NCBI RefSeq assembly: GCF_002105155.1 | Contig: NW_019029018.1 | Span: forward strand, 62,001 to 126,000 | DNA from: Lobosporangium transversale | Taxonomy: Eukaryota | Reading direction: 5' to 3' | DNA: 64,000 nt | Shown: piece by piece, positions 31,461 to 44,315 of the stretch | Numbering within the stretch: position 1 is the stretch's first letter | Layout: each line of letters opens with the position of its first letter | Translations under genes and position numbers: made by a program | The notes under the pieces: generated by a model | What the model was told of the DNA's origin: nothing | Database searches by the model: none | Seen by the model: only the letters and a program-made list of their open reading frames with translations

Positions 31461-33841
31461 ATCTTGGTGAAACCTTTTTCTAGCGGGTGGTAGAAAGTTG
31501 TCTTCGACAGAGGAATTATCTTCGGTAGAAGGAGCATCCTCAACAGAAGGATCACCTTTACGCTCGTGTATTCTGAAGGTCAATGGTAAATGGTAAATGG
31601 TAATTGTGTAAGATTAAGTACACGCAATGTATAATACAGTATAATAAGCCAATAAAAAACCGAACAAAAAGTAGCACACCCTTGTCTTTGCACGGGTCTT
31701 TCATTTTCATCTCCACCATCTCCAAAACAATACTTCGTGTGCACACAGGCCTAGCGCCATTTTGCACTGAGTTACTAACAACGCTATTAAAGCAAGCAGT
31801 AAAAAGGAAAAAGCTAAGGATTAATAGTCTATTGCTGAGACGAAAAAATCCAACCGTTGAAAATCAAACTCACCCTTTATTACTTGAGCATGGTCTATAT
31901 CTACTCCTAGGCAACTGCAGATACTGCATTTATACACTGTAGGAGCTGGTTGACGGTGCTCGCCCTGCAGGTAAGTAATAATGATGGAGGGTTAAAAAAA
32001 GAATGACAAAATCTAATGAATATAAAATAGGAACCTTTGCCTTCGAATTGACCCAACATTCTGCACATCGTTGCTGGCAGCGTTATTCAAGTTATAGAAG
32101 GTATATAAGCTTAAGCTCAGCATGCACCAACCACTACCATGTCAAAAATAAAATAAAATAAAATAAAAAAAAAAGTTTTCTACGATTGTTAAATACCGAA
32201 ATCACTCATTCTTAATTATTTGGGTATGAGCTGCGCACATGGCCTGGACGACTGCACCCACATACAGACGTGGAATGGAAGGGGGAGCGAGGCGATTGGG
32301 AAAAATCGTTCTGTCTTTATCAGTTGGGAAAATATTATTAATGTTTATATATTCCAAAAACATAAAAACAAAAAGATAAGAAGGCCTTACCACATTCCTT
32401 ACATTCTGAGGGCATAGTCTCTTGCCATGTCTGTCGCTGCTGCACAGGCTACATGCCATGAGGCGTAGCATTGAGAGGGATCTTTAACTAGTATAGATAA
32501 TAAAATCCAAAAATAAAATAAAATAAAAATAAATGTAATAGTGGCAAAAGTAGAGAACAGTGGATAAACGTGAATTATATAGATGTAGTCCCTTCGGAAA
32601 TAAACCGATATTCTCCTCACCTAATGCAATAACAAAAATAAAGTTAAGCATTTTAGCATTGGCGGGTATGCAAGCGAAAATGCTAGAATTTAATTGTTAC
32701 ACTAGATTGTTCCTCGCAGAAGAACTACGTAATGTAAATTATCATTCCCATAGTTTTAGATAGGCTTTCAAGCATTACTTTTGTAGTGTAGGAGGTACTC
32801 TTTTATGATCATTACTTGGCTATTTAGCTACCTCTATTATAGACAATGCCTCAGTATGGTACGTAGGTCCCTTGTCCTCTTTTTGTGAGGGAGATTGTGG
32901 GATTGAAAGAGAGCGAACAGTTGTTCATGTGGAGGTATGCGGGACGGCTGCTGGAGATCAACTCGGTGGAGTGAGTGCCGTTAGACCAAGGACTTGAGCC
33001 TGGCTATCCTTAGAATAGGACAAACACATCCTTGCTGCAAGAGCAACCTACGTCAAGCAAGCACTACATCGAAGTTCGGCTGCAGTCTTAAACCTTTCTA
33101 CCTCATTTTTCCTTTCTTCCCCTTTTTCCATCTCCTATTCAAGCAATGCAAGCAGGGCAGAGCCGATTGGCCTATAAGCCCAGTCATATTCCTTCACCTG
33201 TTCTCCTCCTTGTAAGCTCTCTTCAAACCTCCGTCTCACCGGACTTGCCATGCTTTGATGACCCATTTGGCAGGTGGCGAAGGTCTGACAGATGAACGTA
33301 TGGAACATATCTTTTTTTTTTCTTTTCAAATGAAGAGTGAAAGATATGTGAAGGTAAAGTGTGTGAAAGCAAGGAATGTGATAGAAGAAGGTGTAGAGTG
33401 GTAAAGTACGCCAAGAGTTCAGGCCCATAATATGTATATACTCTCGCATCGTATATTGTTGACATGACCTTTAATAGTGTGTATGGTATACCGTACTCAG
33501 AGTAGAGGTCAAATTTTTTTGAGCAAAAATTTTTTGGTGTCGACATTTGCAATGAAGAGAGCACTACCCTTTATTTTCTCTTTTCATTTACAAATAAGAT
33601 ACCTCTTTATTTCCACCCAGGGAGCCATATTGGGGCCAAAGCCACTCTCTGTAGCAGTCACTTTGCCTTCATGGCAGTCACATTTCGGCACGTGCAGACA
33701 CCCTTTCGTTTTAATATATAGGAATATTAGGATATATAGGATAAAATAAAAGTCGATTAGTCTCTTGCCAGTGCATTTCAACTCATTTTTTTTTAAATAA
33801 TGGAATTTAATTGATTATGGTTTTATTTGTCAAGCTTTATT

Positions 33842-34642
33842 CTAATCAGTTTTTTTTAATAATTGTGTTACTAAATCAATCTTTTCTATTAAAAACTGCT
33901 CCAGTGATTCTATTTTATCATGCATGTCGCTTTTAATCTTTTCTTGTTGATGAAGCTGATCAGAAAGGCGGGTGATTTTTTCCTCCAGATGGAGCATTCT
34001 ATTTACTTGTTCCTTGGTCTTCTCTCGTTGGTCAAGCAGCTCGCATGCAACTTTTCTCAATGAAAACGTCATAAAGTCCAGATATTGTTTATTTTGCTTG
34101 CCCTTGTTTGTTTTAGGTATTTCTGGAGGTGGCGGGATGGATTGATAAGGGAAAATGATGGGGTCTGGGTCTAGTGCAAGAAGTGGCGCCAAGAATGACA
34201 AATGTGCACAATTTTTGAAATGCCTTCGAACTGAATTACGGTCCTGAATAAGTCTCCCACAAAGACAAGAGAACTCCCTCGCATCCTTACTTCCCCGGTA
34301 AATTAAGAATTTGCGATTGACATTGTTGATTTCGTAGATCAAATCGACTGGGTTACTGTCATTATGATGCCGATTATAATGATCTCTCAATTGAGGTGTG
34401 ACATTGAAGATGTGCTGCTCATCACTTCGAACAAATGCAAGATCCAAATTTTTTTTGCAGTCGTCGTAAGTGCAAGACTCTGGAGCGGACTCGTCAATCC
34501 CTGTAGTGATCTTGTCAATATCCATTATGAAAGAGAAATGCTTGTGAGGGAGATTGTGATGAGGCAGATTGTAATGAAGGAGATGGTGAGGGAGATTGTT
34601 GTGATCACTACGAACACTGTGTAATTTAAATAAAACACTCAA
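33842..34642 (-). CDS. Hypothetical intronless protein with Cys/His zinc-finger-like motifs and C-terminal coiled coil
   Basis: 266-codon ORF; CTYDDC...HYNRHH and CLCG...HFKNC; first ATG ~34525. Confidence 0.45.
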   Translation of the reverse strand: MSVLFKLHSVRSDHNNLPHHLLHYNLPHHNLPHKHFSFIMDIDKITTGIDESAPESCTYDDCKKNLDLAFVRSDEQHIFNVTPQLRDHYNRHHNDSNPVDLIYEINNVNRKFLIYRGSKDAREFSCLCGRLIQDRNSVRRHFKNCAHLSFLAPLLALDPDPIIFPYQSIPPPPEIPKTNKGKQNKQYLDFMTFSLRKVACELLDQREKTKEQVNRMLHLEEKITRLSDQLHQQEKIKSDMHDKIESLEQFLIEKIDLVTQLLKKTD

Positions 34643-34798
34643 CAGACTCTACTCTCTTTTACGTCACAGAAACGGTAATAAACAAAAAAGGGCCAAATAT
34701 ATCGAGTGAAGATTGTTTGAATACATTGTATTTTAAATTATTCATATTTATAAAATTTAAGTAAATATCGTTTTCTTATATAAAGGGAGAAAAAACCA

Positions 34799-35203
34799 AT
34801 GGCAGTCTGTCATTCGCCACTCTATTCTGTCTTCAAAATGGACGATGACATCGCTTCTTCTCTTTTTTTCACTTATAATATCCTCTGCGAGCTTAACTAC
34901 AATGGAGTGTCATCATCACTAGCAATCCACGTCGAATCTGAAGACACTTTGGAGGGCCTCTGTGATCTTCTAGACTTTTACGGCCTTCTAAAACCAATTG
35001 AGGAATCCTGGAACGTGCAATTTGATCGAAAATGTTTCTCCTACGCGTGGGTTTCTCCTTTATCCGACCAAATGTACCTCTACGAACGTCTATTATCAAG
35101 CGATGTCTTCGGAGACATGTTTTTGTGGGATAGAACTGTTCCTAAAGGAAAATTAATCATTTTCGCTAATACTCATGCAGATCGACTATTCGACGAAGGA
35201 TAA
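34799..35203 (+). CDS. Hypothetical intronless protein
   Basis: 134 aa ATG-started ORF with globular composition in AT-rich flanks. Confidence 0.4.
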   Translation: MAVCHSPLYSVFKMDDDIASSLFFTYNILCELNYNGVSSSLAIHVESEDTLEGLCDLLDFYGLLKPIEESWNVQFDRKCFSYAWVSPLSDQMYLYERLLSSDVFGDMFLWDRTVPKGKLIIFANTHADRLFDEG

Positions 35204-35378
35204 TTATAAAAAATTGTACATACAGACATATGAGGAAGCATAAAAAAGAATTCCACTTTTGATCCGTATCATGGACTCATGACACTTTTAGTTACTAGCA
35301 AATACTACTTCCCTTATTTTTTAATATACGCAGCTTTATTCACAAATACTTGCTGAGCAATCTTATATATTATTTTCA

Positions 35379-35409
<31 letters not shown>

Positions 35410-35515
35410 ATAGAGGAAGGCACTATTACATTGGAAGGTATTGGGCTAAGGATCTATAGATTTTTTTTTTCTGGTATCATAGCAAGGAAGCTGAGGAGGA
35501 TGGTTAGGCAAGATT

Positions 35516-37028
35516 CTACGCTTGGGTGTTAGTGCGTCCCAGCGTTGAGACGCTGCCGAGCTTGACCTCATTCACACTGCTTGAGCTATGCGTTTCAGCA
35601 TGCCCAATCTCCATAGAATGGTCAGCACCGTTGAGCGAAGGCGCCTTCTTTTCATCCAAGTGGCCGTAGGCCATCTCCCCGAGTTCTGCAAGATCTAGGC
35701 CGCGGTGTTCATGATCAGCCTTTACACGCAAAGTCAAACCTGGAACCTTATTCATGATGATTAAGATCAAGTAGGTTACACTGAAGGACCAGCCAAGGCC
35801 TGCACAAGAATCTGCAATCTGATAAGCAATTTGAATCCAATTACCATCGAGCCAGCCCCCTGAGATGACAGTGGCACCATCCAAGGCAGCCACCCAGCTT
35901 TGAGCAAAAATACCAGTGAGGATGTTGCCGACGATCCCGCCGACTCCATGGACTGCAAAGACATCAAAGGCATCATCATATTTGAGATGGTGTTTCAGGC
36001 GTACGGCCATGTTGCAGGCAACAGCACCCAAGAACCCGATAGCAACGCTCGAGGCAGGGGAGACATATCCAGAGCCAGGAGTAATAGCGACCAGCCCTGA
36101 GACAGCACCTGAACAGAAACCTAAAACAGAAAGCTTCCGGTCATGGCGAAAGTCAAGCAGAACCCAGGTGATGCCACCGACAGAGGCCGCAAGATTGGTC
36201 ACAACGCAGGCCATAACGCCACGCAAGTTGGCAGAGAGAGCAGAACCGCCGTTGAAGCCGAACCAACCGAACCAGAGGAAGCAGGTACCAATCACAACAT
36301 TACTCATAGAATGGGGACGGAAATCCTTGTGATCACCTGAGCGTCTTCCAAGGACGAGAGCATAGGCCAAAGCAGCACCTCCAGAGGAGATGTGAACGGG
36401 CGTGCCTCCTGCAAAATCCAGTCCACCCATAACAAAGCTCCAACCGTTAGCACTCCATGTCCAGCAGGCAATAAAATCATAGACGAAAGTGGTCCAGAGG
36501 AAAATAAAGACAAGGGTGGGCAGGATACGGCCGCGCTCCGCAGCGGCTCCGATGGCCAAGGCAGGGGTGAGTGCAGCGAACATGCATTGGAAGATCATGA
36601 AGACAAGATCGGGGACCTTTGCTGACCCAACAGAGGGTTGGTCCAAGACCCCTCGAAGGAAAGCGTTCTCAAAGTTACCAATGAACTTGCTTCCACTTTT
36701 ACTAAATGCTAATGAATATCCAAAAAGGAACCACTGAAAATAACAACATCAAGGAGATTGGTGAGAAAGAATGTATTGGATAGGAGTATTTAAAAAAATG
36801 CTTTGAGTGCCTCCATATGCCTTCTTTTACCTGGAAAGTGACAACTGCCACTGAGCAGCAGGAAAGCATGATCAGAGAAAGGGCATTCTTACTGCGGGCC
36901 ATGCCAGAGTAGAAGTAGCCAATTCCTGGGATCATGAGCCAGACTAAGGCGGTGGAGGTCAGTGTCCAAGCAATATCACCAGCTTGATACTGTGACCCAA
37001 TAATGGGTGCTTCTTCTGAAGAGTTCAT
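35516..37028 (-). CDS. Ammonium transporter (Amt/Mep family)
   Basis: LVWLMIPGIGYFYSG, FQCMFAALTPAL, DFAGGTPVH, LWFGWFGFNGGS, DDAFDVFAVHG; one intron ~36736-36831. Confidence 0.96.
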
Positions 37029-37869
37029 TGTAGGGAAGTAATCAATAAAGATCTTTTTTTTTTCCCTTGCCTGTGGAGTGAAGGATATGGTATTGAGGAT
37101 AAGCTCTTCGGTGATTGGAAGTGGTGAGGAAGAGAGTAGGTAGAGAGAGCAAAGAACAGAGACGACCAAAGACACCGCTGTGATGCATGCAGGATGAAAG
37201 GAAGGAAAGATCAACTCATGGAGTATTTATACGCTGTTTTTAGTGGACCAAGAGCCGGAAGAGGAAACGAATAGCCATCAGTATGCAGAGAGATGCTGCA
37301 GGCACTGAGATGAGCAATATAATAAGCAGCTTTGTACTCGGGGACCGAAGGATAAATACGTGCTGCATTCCCAAACAAACAATTAGGGAAAAAAAAAAAA
37401 AAAAAAAAAAAAAAGAGGGAGCACATTTAAAGTTTATTAATACAACAACGACGTAGTCCATGCGCTGTTAATGTATTCTGCTTTCCAATGTACGTAGATG
37501 GACAGGGGATTGACTGTCATCTTGGAGAATAAACATGAAAATTTGTTATTCATGTAGCATAGCGCCACAGCATTTAAACAGCTGTGTACCACAGATAGGG
37601 AGACATTGGGGGGCAGAGGGTGCAGTGTTGGAGGTTTGATAATAATTGCCATTGATTGAAATTTCGTTCTTTTCATAGACACATGGCTTCTTATCCATGA
37701 TAGTAAAAGAACCACGTGTTCTTAATACGCCTAGGCCTTTATTTTTTATTTTCATATTTATTTATTTATTTTCTGCCCCTCAGGCTGTTGTTGTTCCTGG
37801 TAGGCCTTCAACATTGTTCCGACTATTCATCCGCGCCAACTTATACTCTTAGAACTAGTCGTACGAGAT

Positions 37870-37901
<32 letters not shown>

Positions 37902-38340
37902 GTAATTTATGTCCAATATATCCTGTAAAAAATATTTGGACTTCGCCATGGAGAATTAGGAGAATAAGGAGTCCACTCTCTAATCTTTTTTTTTTTTTTT
38001 TTTTTTTTTTTTTGGCGGCGAAAACACATGTTTGTGGCTGAAAATATTTCATGCTTATCTTTCCGCGTGATTCATATCCTCCTTTTTCCTGGCTTTGCTC
38101 TGGACCGAAGGATCTATTGGAAATATCAAAAACTACGTTTTTGGATCTTCAAAAGATGATGGAAACCAAAGCTTTTATTCTCTTTATTCCATACAAAGTG
38201 GATACCGTCCTTCTTGTTTGTGTGCACAAGTAAAGGTACATGCACCGTCACCTAAAATAAGGTTTTGGCCAAAAAATAAAATATTGAAATAATTACTTTC
38301 TCTTCTGTTTTCCACATATAAACAGCTTGAGTAAACCACC

Positions 38341-38985
38341 ATGCCGATACATTTAGATATCGAAAATAAAGGCATCATCGTTGGGATGCGCCCCTCAGGT
38401 ATGAAGCCTGCGGAAATCGCATTGCAACGCGGTGTACCCCGAACCACTGTTAATAATATTTTCAAGGTGTACCAAGAAAGAGGTGTCACCGCTTGCGCTC
38501 CGATCTCAGGACGGCCCAAAGTGCTAAGTGGACGGGACCTCAGAAGTGTCTTTCGCCATACTAAGAGAGGTAGAAAGTGTACTCTTAAGGACATCACCAA
38601 CCAATTGCCGAATAAAGTGTGTGAGAGAACATCTGCGGGGGCATTGCATTCTCTGAGTATTTTCAGCAGGATTGCAGTAAAAAAATCACTCTTAAAAGAA
38701 GAGCGTATGAAGAAGCGATCTTAGCTCGCCAAAAAATACATGGGCTGCTCCATGGAAGACTGGAGTCGAGTATTTTGGACTGACGAATCATCATTTGAAG
38801 TTGGTGGGCATTTTTGTCAAATAGGGGTTTGGCGTAAAGTAGGGGAAAAGTAGGACCACGATTGCCTCACACCCACTTTCAAGAGTGTTAGGACAACTCT
38901 GATGGTCTGGGGTGCGTTGACAGCAGCCAGAAAGCCTCGGTTGGCTGTATTTGAAAGAGGTTGTAAAGATGGAAAGATGGACGGT
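38341..38985 (+). pseudogene. Tc1 transposase pseudogene, 3'-truncated
   Basis: HTH and SGRPKVLS, stop at 38722, then DWSRVFWTDESSFE and LMVWG; homology ends near 38985. Confidence 0.85.
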
Positions 38986-39059
38986 GTTTCGTGGAAGATA
39001 AATATCAAGGTTAGGCTCGCCACCAAGTCTGAGGTCGAAGTTAACGTAAAATTGCCACG

Positions 39060-39491
39060 TTTTTTTATTTTTAGTTTATCAATAAGGTTTATCGATAATC
39101 CAAAATTAAAGATTCCGTGCGCAGCACTTTCTGACCAGACTCAACTGCCACCCACCCTTTTGCTTTTTTGAGTGTCTTTTACATTATGCTTTTAGCACAA
39201 AGCAAAGGGTCTTTCTATCAAGAACCGGAAGCGAGCTATTAAAGAGAAAAGTAGAAAAAGTGTAGCCAAAGTTATTGCGTTGTTTTGAAGGATTATTTTT
39301 GCTGGGAGAAAAAAAGCTATTGGAGTGGCCTAAACATTCTGCCATCATAAGTGCAGCGCAGTGAGCGACATCACTGCATTTCCAGCTTTCTTTCTTTCAT
39401 CTCTATTCTCATTCCACCGCTTTCTTACTTCTCTTCATTCCAATAACAATCCAATTATAACACAAAACATTTCACTCCTTTTCGCTCTTGG
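39060..39491 (+). repeat. Dispersed repeat copy 2
   Basis: Reverse complement of 11694-12105 with one ~23-bp indel. Confidence 0.9.
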
Positions 39492-39873
39492 GAAAGGTGG
39501 CCGACCATTACTAAATCCCCCTTCCACAGCTGCAAAGTATCCAAACTCACCATCCCTCTTCACAAAGGCTGTCGTACAGACCATCTGGTCTCTATGGTTC
39601 CTGAGAATGCGGATATGCGTATATGGAATACTCAGGCACTCTGGGAGCATTGCAGAGATGGATCTCATAAATGCATATTAATATTAATTTCACCCTCGTC
39701 CCGAGCGCTCTTTTTTTTTGATGAAGTGATACTAGACGCAGTACGAGTATGTTATACTAAACTTTCGTTATTTTGGTACGCAGTACGAGTATACCATACT
39801 GGACACTTGATACTAAAGTCAATATGATCTTTTTATATCTGTATGGATTCGATAACATACCTCTAGCAAAAAA

Positions 39874-40336
39874 GGGGGCGGAAAGGTGTTTTGCATTTTT
39901 GTAGGCAGGAAATAAAAAATGAAAATGGTGAATGGGGCTAAATGCACTAAAAAAGTGGAGGCAAGTAAATGGTGGACATGGTGCATCGTGATGATATAGC
40001 TTGATATATGGCTTGATAAATGGTGTTTGCTGATATTTTTTTGGTGATTGATTTTTTACTAATTAATTTTTACTGATTTTTTCCCACAAACTCATAGGCG
40101 GATCAGATCCAGTTTTCTGTGCTCCCTACTAGCAGAAATCAGCCGCCTATTACATACAAAGGAAGGAAAAAAATCAGTAGAAAAAAATCAGCAGACACCA
40201 TATATCAAACTATACCATCACGATGCACCAAGTCCACCATTTACTTGCCTCCACTCTTTTAGTGCATCTAGCAGCATTTACTATTCTTCATTTTTTATTC
40301 CCTGCCTACAAAAATGCAAAACACCTTTCCGCCCCC
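39874..40336. mobile_element. Foldback/MITE-like element with long imperfect TIRs
   Basis: GGGGGCGGAAAGGTGTTTTGCATTTTTGTAGGCAGG... mirrored by ...CCTGCCTACAAAAATGCAAAACACCTTTCCGCCCCC; arms at least 140 bp. Confidence 0.85.
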
Positions 40337-40889
40337 CACAGAGGTTTTTCTAAATTTGGTGTAAGAATTAACCTTATTTTGACCCTGCATGGATCTTTTT
40401 AGCAGTGGCCAAAAAATCTTTTTCTTGCTTGCGTGTAACAATATAATTTTTTTTTTTTTTTTGTCAACCTTTCTGCATAATTAGCTTCCTTAAAATTGCT
40501 ATAATCAGATTATTAGCGCTCCGCCTTGGTTTTAAGAATAAAGAAGAGAATGATAGAGGAATGTTACATGGTCACTTTTAGTACCTTTACTTTATACTTA
40601 AGTTTCCTTCTCTTTTTTTTTTTTATATTATCAGCACAAGTGCGCCTAGAACTTGTGTTGGTATTTATCAATATTGCAATAGACTCTACATCCAGAATAG
40701 AAACAATCTGCAAGTGCATTTCATTTTTTTCATTTTTACAAACAAATACAATGTGAGCTCATGTTAACATTTGTATTAATGATTACTGACCTGGATTACT
40801 TCTCAAAACCACCACCTGCAATCAACCTACATCGACCTCCTCTTTTTGTTTTGCTGATTGAAATGTTAAATGATGAACTATCTTAGGTA

Positions 40890-41560
40890 TTTCGGAGAGA
40901 CAACTTGTTCAATATATACCGCCACCGATTTTAGGCATAAACCAAGATTTTGATGAGTCTGGGCGCTCAACACGCCGTCGTTTTTTAGTGGCTCCAGATT
41001 CAATACACACATAGTCCAGTTTTTTTGGATAGTGTGCGGAATATGACATTAAGTGATATCCCATCATGTGAGGCTCCCAATTCCTATGCAGCTAGAAGAT
41101 TCGAAGCAGAGTCGATGATTACAACACTGTTTAGCATCGATGTTGGAGTGGTTCGTGTCCTTGAGCCTAAGACCACAATACAACAAATTAGGGCAATACA
41201 CCGCGGCGAACCTGATCTTATGTGCCTTCTTGAATCAGGAGTAATTTTGTTCCCCATTGAAGTGAAGAAACCCTATTTGTTGTTTGTTAATGAAGGGTCC
41301 GAACTAGGTGACGCTTACAACGCAAGTAGACACCGAGTATCGACAGGGCCAGTTCGTCCATTGCGACAAATTTTAGGCTACATGTGGTGCAGCGGATACC
41401 GCTATGGAGTCCTCACTTCTCTGGAACAAACCTGGTTTATAAGACTCCGCATTAATGACGCTGGTGATCAAACGTGAGATATTGAAGTATCACCAACTGT
41501 CTATCGCAGCCAAGCTGACCCGACATTACTGCTGAGTTACTCTGGTTTATTAGAGAGACT
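40890..41560 (+). pseudogene. PD-(D/E)xK restriction-endonuclease-fold (CR-effector-type) pseudogene
   Basis: GEPDL...FPIEVKKP...RQILGYM...YGVLTSLEQTWF; in-frame stop before DIEVSPTV. Confidence 0.65.
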
Positions 41561-41678
41561 AACCGTGATGCAAACAGAAATCCGATCCTCCAAGCGAGCA
41601 GGGAATCAACAAATTGACTCTTCCGGATCATGGTGATAGTGCAGTCCGCCAGGCCCTACTGGAACAAGCAATCATCAA

Positions 41679-41710
<32 letters not shown>

Positions 41711-41855
41711 ACAAGGCAAGAGATTATACAAAGTGCATCTGTTATCCTCCGCTTCTATTCCCACTCCAAACCGGGCAGATATCCAATAAAAATGAAGATA
41801 TAACAAATGGAAAAAAGAAACAAAGGGGTCGTCAACTGGATTAATTCCGAGATAA

Positions 41856-42056
41856 ATATTGTCCTCGTCATTTGGTCATGAACATATTCTAAAAACATAT
41901 AATTATTGAATTGATTTGGTCGGCTCAGAATTTTAAATAATCTTAAATGAGTTGGTGGCCAAAATCAGCCACCGATTCAATGCTCAAATCCCATTCAATC
42001 AATATTTTTTTACAATATCTATCTATATGCACATGACCAAATGACGAGGACAATAT
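41856..42056. mobile_element. MITE (~200 bp), Tc1/mariner-like
   Basis: Perfect 25-bp inverted repeat ATATTGTCCTCGTCATTTGGTCATG / CATGACCAAATGACGAGGACAATAT, with TA near both ends. Confidence 0.8.
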
Positions 42057-43128
42057 ATACCAACACGTTTTGAGTGTCTTTCCTAGGGATTTATTATAGC
42101 CGTGGCAAAGGGGATTGGTGTCTGCATGATTGTAGAGTGGTCACCAAGATAAAGTTTGTTGATTTCCTCTGGAGGAAAATGCTTGTGCTATGGTTTCCCG
42201 TTTGATTCGAGTTGTCTACAGTTTGCCCTTCAAGAAGCGAGCCATTTTGACCCGCTTCTTGAGAGTAGACTGCACAACACAGCCATGGGTTGCAAGTCCA
42301 GGCTCCTCTGTGTCATCGTGAATATCGTCGTCTAAGAGTGAGCTATTAGTAAAAAGTGACTCCAGTTATTGTTATATGTATACTTGTTAAAGGTGTCTTT
42401 TTTGTTTTAACTTGAAACAAGATCAACACAAGAGGGACCGAGATCTGTGCACTATTCCTGACGCACAAACTTCAATTGAATCAGATAACAAAGGGCACTT
42501 TCTCCTTCATTACCTCCGCGAGAAATGATATTTATATGTGTATACCACCAGTTTTTTAAAAAGACATTTGACCCAGCGAACTTATTAACTTGAAACTGGA
42601 TGTGATAGTTTCCTTTTTTTGACATGAGATGACGTTTTTCTTTTATTTCTTTTTGCGTATTTGCACAAACGACGGGATCAGACAAGGTATATACATATTC
42701 CTAGATGTATGCAGTATCAAACATGGACAGGTTTTTTTTTTTCTTTCTTTCTTTCTTTCAACGGATAAGAAGAGGGAGAAGGGAGAGGAGGGTAATCTTT
42801 TATTTATTTATAACTATTTTTTTTACTTACTATATTTATAACACTCATTGTTTTCTTTCTCTCCTTCCTTCCCGTTAATAGAAAAAAAAAGACTCGTGGG
42901 ATACAAACAAGGGTCCAAAAGATTGAGTATAGACATACACATGCACATGTATCTTAAACTCACAGACCTTCAGGTCTGGTATATGTTATCTGCAGAAGGA
43001 TATGTATCTTTTTTTTTTCCAAAAGGACCGATGAAAGGGTTTTCCCTTTTTTTCCACCCCCCTTCTTGATCTTCTGCATGGGCATACCCTTTTTTGTTTT
43101 ATTAATAGCTATCCATCTAACCGAGGGA

Positions 43129-43163
<35 letters not shown>

Positions 43164-43547
43164 TGAGCCCAACTTTTATAATTTTTTTCTTTACACGCGC
43201 GAATGTGATTTCCATTAAAACCAATGGGGACATCAAGTGGAATAGTGGAACAAAAAAGGATTAGACAAGACACATTCTTTGTGGAAATGGAAAATGTTGT
43301 GAGCCCACATTTTCTTGTACTCCAAAAAAAAAAAAGCGGGCCCTCTCTCCCCTTCCTTCGACCGTTAAAACGACTCCAAGTATTGTTGTTGTTATTGTTG
43401 TTGTTGTTGTTGTTGTCATGATTATTCTCTCATTGCTATTTTGTTGTTGCAAGCGTAATAAGCGTATATAGGCGTATCTAATAAATAAAGCGTAGTAAGC
43501 AAATTACATTTGTACGCATTGTTAAAAAGTCGGATATTATTCATAAA

Positions 43548-43583
<36 letters not shown>

Positions 43584-43721
43584 CAAAAGAGAACAAAAGG
43601 CAAAAAAAAGACAGTAAAAAGGCGTTTTCTTTCTCCATTACGAAATTATATATTAGGTTTTATTATTATAATCGCATTCTACTTTTTAATGTTTTGTTTT
43701 GTTTTGTTTTTGTTCTCTCCT

Positions 43722-44315
43722 TTAGAGCATCAAACCAGCAGCGGCAACAATGACCAAGGCAGCGGTTGAGCCAACCTTCAAGGCACCAGCACTGCTGGGC
43801 TTGTCAGAGGGAGTGGGACTGCTAGAGGGCTTTGTGGCGGCGGCGGTGGTGGGGTTTGCCTTGGTAGGGGTGGCGGAAGCACCACCGGTGGTGGTGGCAG
43901 CCTTGCTGGTGGAAGCAGGCGTGCTTGGGACCTTGGGGTTGTTGATGGTGAAGAGAGCAGAGTAAGACTGTCCATCATCACCGTGGCTGACATAGATGGA
44001 GTACAAGCTGCCGGAGGCAACGGTGTCAGGGATCGTGACGGTGGACCTGCCCTTGCTCTTGCAGTCAAGGGTACCGATGGGGGCAGTGACACCAGGGACC
44101 TTATCCTGAACGCCATCAGGGCGCTGCATGTTCAAGTTGATGTCAAAAGTGGTCTTGTTCAAGCTCTTGCAGTCATTGGTCCACTGAACATAGAGAGAGT
44201 TAGGCTTGGAAAGATCCCAAACGCTGGCACCGATGGGGTATCCGAAGGAGAGAACTTGAGCCGAGGCAACGGAGGCAAGGGCAGAGGCAGCAATGGCGAT
44301 AAAAGCGGACTTCAT
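43722..44315 (-). CDS. Secreted Ser/Thr-rich GPI-anchored cell-surface protein
   Basis: Signal peptide, small beta-rich domain ending SYSALFTI, S/T/P stalk, hydrophobic C-terminus; strong codon bias. Confidence 0.88.
   Translation of the reverse strand: MKSAFIAIAASALASVASAQVLSFGYPIGASVWDLSKPNSLYVQWTNDCKSLNKTTFDINLNMQRPDGVQDKVPGVTAPIGTLDCKSKGRSTVTIPDTVASGSLYSIYVSHGDDGQSYSALFTINNPKVPSTPASTSKAATTTGGASATPTKANPTTAAATKPSSSPTPSDKPSSAGALKVGSTAALVIVAAAGLML

Noticed and set aside
39729..39815. Short direct repeat ACGCAGTACGAGTAT x2, CRISPR-like
   Set aside because: Only two units, eukaryotic context, no cas genes
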